Positions 7,307 to 17,565 of a stretch of 42,283 nucleotides of DNA are shown in pieces. Each line of letters starts with the position of its first letter. Position 1 is the first letter of the stretch. Location of the stretch: NCBI GenBank assembly GCA_032111345.1, contig JAULUW010000009.1, forward strand, positions 14,467 through 56,749, in the 5' to 3' direction. A model generated the notes under the pieces. That model did no database searches, was not told the DNA's origin, and saw nothing but the letters and a program-made list of their open reading frames with translations. The position numbers and the translations under genes were made by a program. The DNA comes from Bacteroidia bacterium. GTDB taxonomy: Bacteria; Bacteroidota; Bacteroidia; NS11-12g; UBA955.

Positions 7307-7944
7307 AATAAACCAATAAAAGTGAAAGCATAAAACAAAATGAATTTCAGTGTCAGATAAATATTTAAAAAACGATCGTGTTGCATTATGTCAATATATA
7401 AATACCTTGCCATGCTGTGATTGATAAAATCGAGTGTGGATATTATGAAAATTGCCAATACAAAACAAATTTTACTCACAGGATACTTTGGTATGGTAAA
7501 TATTTTTAACAAAACATGTATAGAGAAAAGCATACCTAAAATACTGATTAAAAAATTTACATTTTCATATTCTAAGGCATTCAAAAAACCATAATCAGAA
7601 TATTTTTCTTGGGATGCAGCAGGATAATCAAACATAAAAAGTGAAGCAGCATACAATGCAACCCCAACTCCGCTAATCAACGATACGGCTTTCTCGATTG
7701 AATTTGTTGTGATCAATTGCTTCAGTATAAAAATAACAATGAACAACTCAATTCCATTTACGACTACTAACAACTCTAAATTTGACGTTAACAGCGTATC
7801 ATCGATCCAATTACACAACAAATTCAGCATCCCCCAAAACGAGAAAACTAAATACCAACGTTCATGGGTAGCAGTATACTTCCGCCATCCTAATAATATT
7901 AGGATGGCAAAAGCTGTTGTTTTGACAATCCAAAAATCAATCAA
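7294..7944 (-). CDS. Polytopic membrane protein (about six hydrophobic helices), possible input/sensor partner of the kinase.
   Basis: The 216-aa ORF is hydrophobic throughout. It overlaps the kinase start by 13 nt, and its TTG start overlaps the upstream stop (TTGA). Confidence 0.5.
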   Translation of the reverse strand: MIDFWIVKTTAFAILILLGWRKYTATHERWYLVFSFWGMLNLLCNWIDDTLLTSNLELLVVVNGIELFIVIFILKQLITTNSIEKAVSLISGVGVALYAASLFMFDYPAASQEKYSDYGFLNALEYENVNFLISILGMLFSIHVLLKIFTIPKYPVSKICFVLAIFIISTLDFINHSMARYLYIDIMQHDRFLNIYLTLKFILFYAFTFIGLLWNR

Positions 7945-8249
7945 CTATTTAATGGGTTGCTACTTGAACAATGTGAAGGACAAGGTTTAGCAAATTCTGC
8001 TAGCAGCCCTTGGTACAAATCATTTTCATCTGCTTTTGCTCCACAAAGTACCAATGTTAAATTTCCATTGTTGATAGCGAAATAATATTTGAGTCCGACA
8101 CATTCTGCTTGATTTAAAATTGCCATTACAGCATCCTTACTGAAGAATCCCCCGATTTTAGAATTAATGTTAGCGTCTCTGTACGCTTTAGTCATAACAG
8201 AAGCATCAACTAGTGTTATGGAATGGTTTTCATTTGGATTAAAAGACAT
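7941..8249 (-). CDS. Small protein of unknown function; first gene of the two-component operon.
   Basis: 102-aa ORF with an ATG start, no signal peptide and a Cys-containing C-terminus (KPCPSHCSSS). Translationally coupled to the next gene. Confidence 0.45.
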   Translation of the reverse strand: MSFNPNENHSITLVDASVMTKAYRDANINSKIGGFFSKDAVMAILNQAECVGLKYYFAINNGNLTLVLCGAKADENDLYQGLLAEFAKPCPSHCSSSNPLNS

Positions 8250-8386
8250 ATCGCAAAGAAATGGGTTAAAAAAAGAAAAACCAATATCATAAATACTACC
8301 GTTCCATTATCAAAAATGCCCCTTGTGATGGATAAAAGTGAGTTAGAGTATTTGTAAAAGTCAATTTAAAAGGTTAATAAAATAAT

Positions 8387-8412
8387 TATTCAATACCAAA
8401 AATGGTATTGAA
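8387..8412. promoter_or_regulatory. Perfect 11-bp inverted repeat (ATTCAATACCA-aaaa-TGGTATTGAAT) in the divergent intergenic region; candidate operator.
   Basis: Arms at 8387..8397 and 8402..8412. The half-site recurs upstream of the paralogous pseudogene (attcaatacca at 579..589; ccaaaatggtatt at 677..689). Confidence 0.5.
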
Positions 8413-8542
8413 TTGTCCAAATCAAACAATTTAATTTGAATGGATTAGAAAGTCCTAATACTAATGGATTTACAAGAGGAAATCATAGAATTAAATACGT
8501 AAAACAAATATAAAAAAATCCAAAACATACAAATATTAAATA

Positions 8543-10831
8543 ATGAAAAAAATAAATTTAATTATTGCCTTGCTATTAACAATGGCTTATTGCAACATCG
8601 CTAGTGCTCAGCTTACAGGTTGGCCTAGTACAACAAACAAAAAAACCGTAGCTAACGGCGAAATTGTTTACCTCGACTCTCATCGAGTCGGAATTACTGC
8701 CGTAACTGCAAACGTTACCGATTACAATTTAACAATAAATACGGGCTCATTATCTGGAACATTTCTAGTAGATGATTTCTGTTTGTTGATTTCAATGGAG
8801 GATGGTAATTTAACCGGACTTCATAAAAGCTGTGTTCTTAAAACCATTAATAATAATATAATTACTGTAACGCCCAACAATTTATCAGATTGGAATTTAT
8901 TCACAACTTGTTCTAAATTGCAACTTATAAAGGTTCCAGTTTATGATTCCCTCACCCTAAATCACGGACAAATAACCTGCCATCCATACAATGAAACAAC
9001 CTACACAGGAGGAGTTCTTGCTTTCGTATGTGATACGTTTGTACTCAATGCTGGATATATTAATGCAACGGGGCAAGGTATTAGTCCTTACACTATGAAC
9101 TTGGGTATTCCTGGACTTGGAGGCGCCGGTTCGCAAACCTATTATAGCAACAGTGGAGGCCTTCCACAAACTAATACACCTCCTTGCTACACTCCAGATT
9201 CAATTATTTTGCCTTTAGTGTATACACTTAACGGAACAGAAGGTGATAGCAGTCTCAATAATGGTGGTATAGGAACTAGTTGTAATTATTCAACGGTAAT
9301 ATCAAATAGCACAGCTAATAATTCGTATCCTAAAATAATTAATATGGGGACTCCTGGTGTTCTAGGGCCTTTTACTAGTTCGTCCACTGGTGGTAGTGGC
9401 GGAGGTCATGGTGGAAAGGGTCGTAATTTGAATAATAGCTTTATCGACGGTAACCCTGGAGAATTCGGTGCCAATGGTGAGGATCCTCAAAAAACAAATT
9501 CAAGAGGTGGTGGCATAATTATTGCAAAAATAAAAACGCTATACATTGATAATCAGTTGTTATTGTCCGGGACTGCACGGTTCATCAGTAATGGAGGTAA
9601 TGGAACGAATGGTGGTCAAGGAGGTTTCGGAGGAAATGGAGGTGCAGGAGGCATAGGTGAAGAGGGTTTTTGTACTGGAGATACTATATTTTTTTCTGGT
9701 GCCAAAGGCGGTTATGGTGAGTCGGGAGATCCTGGAAATGGCGGTGATGGAACCAATGGGGGCCAGTCTGGCTCAATTTGGTATTTATCAGACCAACAAT
9801 ACCCTGTTATAGGTGTTAATAGTGGTGCACCCATTTATTATAATGCCCCATTCGAACAACTATTTAATGTCAACGGTGGAAAAGGCGGTAAAGGAGGGGT
9901 GCCAGGAATTTCAGAAATAATAAATCACAACAGAACAGAAGCCTTTGATACTACTGGTTGCAATCCTTTAGAATGGTGTGTAAGTTCTGATACGTCCACC
10001 AGTTGCGATTGCGATTCGGTTTTTGCGTCGTTTCAGGGGAAAGATGAGTTAATATATAATACCAGTATAACACCCAATTATGTAATTTTTGGCAATTCAA
10101 CTTTTAGTTGTGCTTTTGATTCGATTTGGGGAGTTCTTAAATTCATTAAAGGAACAAAAGAATTTTATTGCCCGATGTCTAACCCTGAACAATTCAAAGA
10201 AATTTTAAAATTGATAGGGATTGCTCGTTTAAGCCCATACCAAAATAATCCAGCTGCCAACGTTGAAGCAGAAATGTTGAATGGAAAACTGAGATTTCAA
10301 GTAAAAAGCACTAAATGGCCCATTGCGGAATATGATTTTGAAAGTAATACATTAACCGACTTAGACGATCCGGCAAAGCAAAGTGTAGTGGAAACTAGTT
10401 GTTTGTATAGTTCTGCGGCGTTTGGCGGTGCACAATTCATGAAAGTGGGAAGCGCAGGAAATGATGGGAATGATTACCCATATTCTGGAAGTAAAAGTAT
10501 AGGAACTATACCTTTTGTCGATAGTGCAAATGTGATTTATTATTCACCCGTAACTGCTATCGACGAAGAAATGCAGTCCTCTCATTTGAAATCCAATGAA
10601 ATAAAAATCTACCCGAATCCAGCTGCCAGCACAGAAATACAAGTTGAAAGCGAAATTGTTTTAACTGAAATCTGTATCCTAGACCATTTGGGAAAAATAA
10701 TGATACAACTTCAACCCAATGCCAAGCAACTAACAATCCCAATTCAAAGTCTTCCAGATGCGATGTATACCATTCAGTTAAAAACATTAAATGAAACAAT
10801 TACCAAAAAAATCGTTATATTGAAAAATTAA
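8543..10831 (+). CDS. Secreted glycine-rich protein with a T9SS type A C-terminal sorting domain.
   Basis: Signal peptide MKKINLIIALLLTMAYCNIASAQ. Gly-rich tracts (GGSGGGHGGKG, GGNGTNGGQGGFGGNGGAGGIG, GNGGDGTNGGQSG, GGKGGKGG). C-terminal IKIYPNPAAS...YTIQLKTLNETITKKIVILKN is typical of Por/T9SS CTDs. Confidence 0.8.
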   Translation: MKKINLIIALLLTMAYCNIASAQLTGWPSTTNKKTVANGEIVYLDSHRVGITAVTANVTDYNLTINTGSLSGTFLVDDFCLLISMEDGNLTGLHKSCVLKTINNNIITVTPNNLSDWNLFTTCSKLQLIKVPVYDSLTLNHGQITCHPYNETTYTGGVLAFVCDTFVLNAGYINATGQGISPYTMNLGIPGLGGAGSQTYYSNSGGLPQTNTPPCYTPDSIILPLVYTLNGTEGDSSLNNGGIGTSCNYSTVISNSTANNSYPKIINMGTPGVLGPFTSSSTGGSGGGHGGKGRNLNNSFIDGNPGEFGANGEDPQKTNSRGGGIIIAKIKTLYIDNQLLLSGTARFISNGGNGTNGGQGGFGGNGGAGGIGEEGFCTGDTIFFSGAKGGYGESGDPGNGGDGTNGGQSGSIWYLSDQQYPVIGVNSGAPIYYNAPFEQLFNVNGGKGGKGGVPGISEIINHNRTEAFDTTGCNPLEWCVSSDTSTSCDCDSVFASFQGKDELIYNTSITPNYVIFGNSTFSCAFDSIWGVLKFIKGTKEFYCPMSNPEQFKEILKLIGIARLSPYQNNPAANVEAEMLNGKLRFQVKSTKWPIAEYDFESNTLTDLDDPAKQSVVETSCLYSSAAFGGAQFMKVGSAGNDGNDYPYSGSKSIGTIPFVDSANVIYYSPVTAIDEEMQSSHLKSNEIKIYPNPAASTEIQVESEIVLTEICILDHLGKIMIQLQPNAKQLTIPIQSLPDAMYTIQLKTLNETITKKIVILKN

Positions 10832-10834
10832 TCC

Positions 10835-13423
10835 ATGCGAACCCTCATATTCATATTGTTCCTATGTATTTCCCAATTGGGACTCTCTCAAAACAAACTT
10901 GAGATGGTCCCTAACGGGGATTTTTCTAAATATACGGATTATACGATACCGGCAAAACAGTGGAAGGATTATTTTGGAGATCATTACATTCCAATACCGT
11001 TGGGAAATCCTTATTATAATCCAGATTATTTATTTCAAATATTAGATGTTTATAAATTCTCGCACATAGGTTCAAGAATTGCTGCTCGAATGGATTTATG
11101 GCTTATTTCAGAAAAAGCTCACCTATTATTGAATTCCTGGTATCCTTATGCAGATTCAAATAACCATAAAATCAATTTTGATAGTTTGATATACGAGGAT
11201 ACCTTTAATTTTTACAAATGCAATCAGTATGTAAACACTAATTTTCTAAAGGATCATTACATCCCTTTTGAATGGGATGCGCAAATAAGTAAACTTAGAG
11301 TATGTGGTAAAAATCTAGGTAACTTAACAGCACCCCTTAGAATCAAAACGAGAGCACGAGCGTATTATAATTTGAATTTAAACCTAATGTACGATTGGCC
11401 CACTTATATCTATACCATGATATATAGGGGCTATATTACCGGAACTGTAGATTATGCTGACCCTCACAGTATTGTTAATAAATACCCTACTTTAAGGCAC
11501 GCAGACAATGTACTATTGGAGAAACAGAGAAATGGTAACTATTCCTTTGTACTCAAAGATGTATTGTGTAATATGACTTTAGATTCTACATTTTACGCTA
11601 GAAATAATAATTTTAAAATTACTTTGTTAAATGCCTTTTTTATGGACCCAAATTCAATAAATACATCCCGTTTGGAACAAGATATTTGGCAGATGCCTCT
11701 ATTTTCAGAAATATATGATGAAAAACATTTTACACATCGTTTCAAAGCAAACGGAGCAATGGGCTTTTTGCAAATCCGGCAAAAACACCCCGACAGTGTT
11801 CAATATTATGCCAAAGATACCATGCCCTTTCCACAAAACGAAGACAGTTTGTTGTATGTAATTACAGTGGGAGGCCTTTTTCCTGAGGATGATAAGAGGC
11901 AAAGATTGGGGCAAAGAGTGGCTAGTAAAACGTTTCACCCTTTTATTAGCAGGTACCCGTATGTAAAACAATGGCAATACCCCGGGAAGGTTCGGCGTTA
12001 CGCAGATAAAGTATTGCGCAATGCAGACTATTTCCTAGATAATCTATCTCTTAAACCAGAGATGTATCGAAATACGCCGATTGCCGCCCCCAACCTGCTG
12101 TGCCATGCCGATACCTTTTTGGCGTTCATTCCCTCTGGCGAAAACGCAATTTGGACGGATCTTAGAACAGGGAAGGTGCTGTCTGAAGGAGATTCATGTT
12201 TGATATTTTTAAACGATGAAGTGTTGATTGAAGTCAAAGGGGAAAATTTCCGTTATGTATTGAAATATTCCATAAAAATCCCACAATCTCCTTTTGATAA
12301 ACCTGTGTATCAACTGTGCAAAGGCGATAGTTTGAAATTCCAAGCGGAATCTGGTTTTAGCGCATATTGGCAGTTCGGAAAATACCAATCAAACACCTAT
12401 ACCCACCATTACGCGGATACTCCCGTTTTGCAAATAACCTATAAAACAGCCTTAGGATGTGTGTATACCTATTCGGCCGAGGTCATTAAAGGGCCTGAAT
12501 CAAATGATTTTAGTATAGATACCGCCTTGTGTGATCAAGTAAAATTTCATTGGAATATCCCCGACACTTCATGGACACTCCAAGCCCAAAATAGGGTCGT
12601 AAAAGAAAATAACAAGCTCGCAATTTCCATACCCACAGATTTTAATAGTGAAATTGTTTTGATAGATCCCCTTTCAAAATGCCCTATTACCCTAAAGGCT
12701 CAAATCGCATCCAATACCACACCCGATTTGGTTAACGTTCAAGATACCACCTTGTGTTATTTAGATCAATATGAAGTTAGGGTCGCACCCGCGCTGTGGT
12801 ATACGTTGAATGGGACTCAAGTTAAGCAACCCATATTTATCGATTCCGCAGATAGGTATGAGCTGATTGCTGGCAATCGGAATTGCACAGATACAGTATC
12901 ATTTACCCTATTGAAATATCCAGAAATTGAGGCTAAAATAGAGCAGTTAAATCCGTGGACATGCTATTTGGATTCTCCATTGATTTTTAGTGCTTTGCCA
13001 AATAAATACCAGTATTATTGGCAAGAAACAAAAGGTCCGGATTCACTATTTCAACAAAGTGACAGTTTAAGGATCAACGTTATGGCTTTGGATAGTCACG
13101 GTTGTGAACGAAACTACTACATATCTCCCAAATACGCGTGCTTCAAGCCCGTGTGGATCCCGAACGTATTTACCCCGAACGGAAATGGTCCTGAGGAGAA
13201 CGAGCGCTTTGCGCCCTCATGTGTATCCTGCCAAACCACATATATGAGAATTTACAATCGATGGGGAGAGATGATTTATTCCGGTGTTGAACCATGGGAC
13301 GGTACCTATGAAGGAAAGCTCGTACCCAACGGGGTTTATGCCTATAGTTTAGGAGTCAAAATCAGCTACGGATCTCAGAGGAGCATCCAGCATTTTAAAG
13401 GAAATGTGCAGGTGCTGCGATAG
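10835..13423 (+). CDS. Large secreted protein with a T9SS type B (gliding-motility-associated) C-terminal domain.
   Basis: Signal peptide MRTLIFILFLCISQLGLSQ. Repeated Cys-containing modules (LCKGDSLKF, LCDQVKF, LCYLDQYEV). C-terminal PNVFTPNGNGPEENERF...IYNRWGEMIY...WDGTYEGKLVPNGVYAY. Confidence 0.8.
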   Translation: MRTLIFILFLCISQLGLSQNKLEMVPNGDFSKYTDYTIPAKQWKDYFGDHYIPIPLGNPYYNPDYLFQILDVYKFSHIGSRIAARMDLWLISEKAHLLLNSWYPYADSNNHKINFDSLIYEDTFNFYKCNQYVNTNFLKDHYIPFEWDAQISKLRVCGKNLGNLTAPLRIKTRARAYYNLNLNLMYDWPTYIYTMIYRGYITGTVDYADPHSIVNKYPTLRHADNVLLEKQRNGNYSFVLKDVLCNMTLDSTFYARNNNFKITLLNAFFMDPNSINTSRLEQDIWQMPLFSEIYDEKHFTHRFKANGAMGFLQIRQKHPDSVQYYAKDTMPFPQNEDSLLYVITVGGLFPEDDKRQRLGQRVASKTFHPFISRYPYVKQWQYPGKVRRYADKVLRNADYFLDNLSLKPEMYRNTPIAAPNLLCHADTFLAFIPSGENAIWTDLRTGKVLSEGDSCLIFLNDEVLIEVKGENFRYVLKYSIKIPQSPFDKPVYQLCKGDSLKFQAESGFSAYWQFGKYQSNTYTHHYADTPVLQITYKTALGCVYTYSAEVIKGPESNDFSIDTALCDQVKFHWNIPDTSWTLQAQNRVVKENNKLAISIPTDFNSEIVLIDPLSKCPITLKAQIASNTTPDLVNVQDTTLCYLDQYEVRVAPALWYTLNGTQVKQPIFIDSADRYELIAGNRNCTDTVSFTLLKYPEIEAKIEQLNPWTCYLDSPLIFSALPNKYQYYWQETKGPDSLFQQSDSLRINVMALDSHGCERNYYISPKYACFKPVWIPNVFTPNGNGPEENERFAPSCVSCQTTYMRIYNRWGEMIYSGVEPWDGTYEGKLVPNGVYAYSLGVKISYGSQRSIQHFKGNVQVLR

Positions 13424-13471
13424 CGAAGTGAGCGTTTATAAATTGTACTACTTTTTGCCTAAATTGCCAAA

Positions 13472-16030
13472 GTGAGAAATCCAATATCCTATATCCTCCT
13501 CTTTTGGATTTGTCCGCTAATCGGACAAAATGGGTATATGAATTGGCGCACGCCATTTAGAAAAGGCACCATAAAATATGACTATGTAAATGACAGTACG
13601 CGTGTTCTAGCAAATGACAAGCAACTGAGTAATCTAATTGAGCCCAGATTTCGTCGGGAATATTTTGATACGGCAGACGGTTATTCTGTAAAAATCCCAT
13701 TAGAACCGGAGCAAATTGCCCGATATTCTTTTATTGAAGATATCCAAGGAGATTTGAGGTATTACGCCGACATAAGTGGCGTTTTTACAGCAAATAATCA
13801 GCCCCTTTTTCAAGCATTTAATTTTAATATAGTTACAAGTGCTTTAAGAAGGGATGCTTATATTCTCAATATACCAAAGACAGAAAAAAAATACAGCAAC
13901 ATCCCCAATACCCACTATCCAGGATAACCCTTAAATTCAGTATCCACCAATTGTGTTAGGTTTGGAAATTCAAATTATTATGGGGCGTTTTGTTGGGATT
14001 TTAGATATGAGGGAATTCGTGTTTTAAACATGAATTATTCCAAAACAAAAGGAGATACCGTTACCCATAATACGCTTCTGTCTCGCTTAGGAATGTTAAC
14101 ATCGGTGACCTGTGGACCAAATGAAAATAGTTTTTGGATCGTTGGAATTTCAAAGAACTGCGATTCCATTTTCAGTTACTTGTGGTCGCAAAATGGTGTT
14201 GAACTGAAATCTCGGTTGCCACTTTCAGCATCATTAGATCCGTTTTTTTATGGAAGACGGTTGACTTTTTCACCGAATAACAGAAAAGCAATACTCATTG
14301 AAAAACCCACTAATATCCCAATGCCGGAACCTTTGACTCCGAGAAATGCCGAAAATATTAAAAGTACATTGTTCGATTTTGACCCCACATCGGGTAAGCT
14401 TTCTAATCCCTCGATTTTACCGTATTCCGGATTCACGGTAACATTTTCAGCAGATTCCAAATGTATTTATATAGGAACCTTCGATAGTAGTCGATTTTGG
14501 CGTTATAATTTGACCGATAGTATATTTATCCCATTTCCCAGTCGACTTTTGATTTTAGATAGTACAGGTAAATTAATTGGGCAGCCCGACAGTATTCCTA
14601 TTTATGGCGACAATCCATTAACCAATAATCAATTTTGGGTTAGTCCCTCAGGTCTCTACTTAAATACAGATGGATCTATTGTTTTAGATGGGGACGCAAA
14701 GGTAATTATGGCTTTCTCCCCATTTAATGAGATTCTTAAAGGAACCCTGAAAACCTATTATAATGCGCTTTATCAAAAGCATTTTTCGGTATACCACGAA
14801 CACGGTTTTTACAACATTACAATTCCTGAGATACCGGCTTGTAAATGCGTAGAATCTCCCAAACAATTACGTCATTCATTGAATCTTTGCAGTGCAGACA
14901 CGTTTAGTTTGGAATTGCCCTATTATTTGCACGACTCCATAATCATTGAATTTGGCGATGGCAATATAGCATCTTTGAAAAAGACGGAAAGGGAAATTAG
15001 TTACGTATATTCAGATACAGGTTTGTTTGATGGTCGCATTACCTATTATTCTGCGTTCAATTCATTTCAACAAAACTTCCATGTTCGCTTTGTTGCTCCA
15101 CCCAAACAACATAATATGGCTGATACGCAAATTTGTGAAGGACAATCGTATCTATTGAATCTAGAGGGATCTGACAGTTGTTGGATTTGGAGTTCTAACC
15201 AACAACGCAAAGACTATGCTACCCAAAGTGGTTTCTATGTGTGTGTGGCTCTTGATTCTGTTTGCGGGAATTTACAGGACAGTGTATACATAGACGTTAA
15301 ACCAAAACCCCAACCATTGAGTTTGCCAGATACCGTTTTATGTCCCAATGAAGCATTAGTCATACATGTCCCCAAAGAAATCATTCAGGTTTCATGGGAT
15401 AATACAATTGGGGATTCTGCACGGGTAAAAACCTTCAATAATACAGGTTTACATACCCTAAAATATCAAAATGAGCATTGCAACCGTTTGGACACATTTG
15501 TTATAACCATCTCTGAGCCACTTAAATTTGACATCTACCAGCGAAATCCCAATGCCTGTCTGCGCTATGAAACCCTGATTTTTGATTTAAATATAGCTGA
15601 TTCTGTAAATAATACCATATTCTGGCCCGATTACAGTCCTTATAAAACCACGTATTTCACTCAAAGCGCCCATGATTTTAGTGTTCGAGTTACGGATGAG
15701 TATGATTGTTATGAAGAGGTAACCGTTACCCCAATATGGCGTTGTGAACCCCAGGTATATATCCCTAATACGTTTACTCCCGATCAAAAGGGTCCGGCCG
15801 AAAATGAGATTTTCCTGCCTGTAATTAAGGATGGAAGATTAATCCTCATGAAAATATTCAACCGATGGGGTGAGTGCATATACCAGAACGCAGAAGGGTG
15901 GGATGCTACCTATCAAGGCAAAACAGTACCCAATGGAATTTATACCTACATGTTAGCTGTTGAAACCAGCAGTGGAAACAATAAATCCAGCGTACGGTAT
16001 TTTAGTGGTTATGTACAGGTGCTGCGATAG
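13472..16030 (+). pseudogene. T9SS type B CTD protein gene split by a single in-frame TAA (13925..13927).
   Basis: ORFs 13472..13927 (GTG start, signal-peptide-like MRNPISYILLFWICPLIGQ) and 14030..16030 (no signal peptide) are in the same frame. I translated the 102 nt between them codon by codon and found no further stop. The joined frame is about 850 codons, like the 862-aa neighbour. C-terminal IPNTFTPDQKGPAENEIF...FNRWGECIY...WDATYQGKTVPNGIYTY. Confidence 0.6.
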
Positions 16031-16071
16031 CATGGGGAAGAAAAGAGGTGAACTAGTCGGCATTAGTGCGA

Positions 16072-16191
16072 CCAAAAGAAGTAGAAATTCGATTGGTTCA
16101 ATTAATTAATGTTTCATAGCTGATTTTTCAGTTCATGGCTGATATCTGAGATATGTAGCATGAATTTTTATTGTTATTCATATCGTTTTGC
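16072..16191. repeat. Copy A of a ~120-bp direct repeat (core); weaker similarity starts near 16033.
   Basis: Shares long identical runs with 19309..19428: gaagtagaaattcga, ggttcaattaattaatgtttcatagctgatttttcag, tcatggctgatat, tgagatatgtag, ttattcatatc. Confidence 0.85.
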
Positions 16192-16330
16192 TAAATCTCA
16201 TTATTAAAGTTTTACCGAGCGGTATTAATTTGTCGTTAATTAGCAATGTTGGCTTAAATAATCCCGTTCGGTAAAATATTAACAGTAATTGCTATACTTG
16301 TTTAACTCACAATTATTTATGAACTTCGTA

Positions 16331-16528
16331 ATGATGAATATCAAACAATACATAGAAATTAACCCTGAGAAAAGATTTGGAAAGGCAATTGTGAAGGGAA
16401 CCCGTATTTCTGTTGCTGATATCCTAAATTGGATGGCGAATGGGATGACTCGAGAAGAAATCATTCAGGACTACCCGGAGTTAAGCAAAGAGCAGATTAA
16501 TGCATGCCTATTTTTTGCCGCAATTTGA
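16331..16528 (+). CDS. DUF433-family protein (antitoxin-like small HTH protein).
   Basis: MMNIKQYIEINPEKRFGKAIVKGTRISVADILNWMANGMTREEIIQDYPELSKEQINACLFFA matches the DUF433 pattern (GkP.i.GTRI.V..il...a.G.s.eeI...yP.Lt.e.i.aal.ya). The track start at 16289 is a TTG extension; ATGs are at 16331 and 16334. Confidence 0.7.
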   Translation: MMNIKQYIEINPEKRFGKAIVKGTRISVADILNWMANGMTREEIIQDYPELSKEQINACLFFAAI

Positions 16529-16942
16529 AAAAGACCTCGCGTGTCTTGAAATAAGAAATTAAACTTTTGGTACAACAATTGGGGAGTATTATAGTGTTCA
16601 GGCGTTGCTTTATATGAGCTGTTAAGTAATGACTTTTATAATAAAAATGGGGATGTCCTATTTATCATATAAGTAGTATTGCCATTATTTGCTGCATTCT
16701 AAAAAATGTACGACATGCCAAATATTATTTTCGGTATATAATCAAGTCCATATTTAATTATGGTTTTAAAATTTATGTTTCATTGATAATACAATTTTAC
16801 CATTATTGCTTATTGTTTTTGTTCGATTTGTGGGCTAAAAAAATATTTTTTCATATGTTTTATGGTATTGCCTTTTAATTATCCACTCAGTAATTTTGTC
16901 AATATAAATACAACAAATCGAAAATACTAACATATTTAAATA

Positions 16943-17545
16943 ATGAAAACCATATTTTTTATCATTACACTTTTTATTTATTCGAACAAATCATTTGGGA
17001 GTACTCGTCCTACTCAATTTGACACATGTAGACCACATTTCGACAATTTCATAGATTGTCAATATTCTTTAAAAAATGTGGGTTATTGGGTAGATACGAT
17101 AGGCTCTTTAGTTATTTTTAAATCACACAACCACGATTGGATTCAGGATCAGATTCTTATGTATGGATGTTGGTATGATGATAACTTTCATTACAACCAA
17201 ACGATTGAGCCTACTTTTAATTGTGGAGATTGCGAATATTCGGATTCTGCAATTCTTGCAACACACAACCTTCCCAACAATTCCATAGTTTATAAATTCT
17301 ATTCTATTGATAATAATACAAGCACTGGTAATGTTTTATTTGACTATCGCGATCGTATGGATTATGAATCAATTTTCAATATTTTCCCACTTGATACTCC
17401 ATATTGTTGTGATCCGGTTGCACCTCCATTAGATTGTGCTACTTGTAATTGCGCAGTTGGTAAGATTGATTGGATTCAAAATGATTTTGTTGCTAAACCA
17501 GCCCGTGGAATATATTGGAATAACAATTGCATGCATACATATTAA
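16943..17545 (+). CDS. Secreted cysteine-rich protein of unknown function.
   Basis: 200-aa ORF with signal peptide MKTIFFIITLFIYSNKSFGS and many Cys (CGDCEY, PYCCDP, CATCNC). No T9SS CTD recognised. Confidence 0.5.
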   Translation: MKTIFFIITLFIYSNKSFGSTRPTQFDTCRPHFDNFIDCQYSLKNVGYWVDTIGSLVIFKSHNHDWIQDQILMYGCWYDDNFHYNQTIEPTFNCGDCEYSDSAILATHNLPNNSIVYKFYSIDNNTSTGNVLFDYRDRMDYESIFNIFPLDTPYCCDPVAPPLDCATCNCAVGKIDWIQNDFVAKPARGIYWNNNCMHTY

Positions 17546-17565
17546 ATTCAAACTCAAACTCAAAC

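Noticed and set aside
16072-16191. Possible structured sRNA or a minus-strand mini-ORF (MNNNKNSCYISQISAMN) inside the direct repeat.
   Set aside because: The hairpins present in one copy (agctg/cagct; tcatg...catga) are disrupted in the other. The mini-ORF in copy B (MNNNQIYTTYLKYQP) is in a different frame after an indel, so neither structure nor peptide is conserved.
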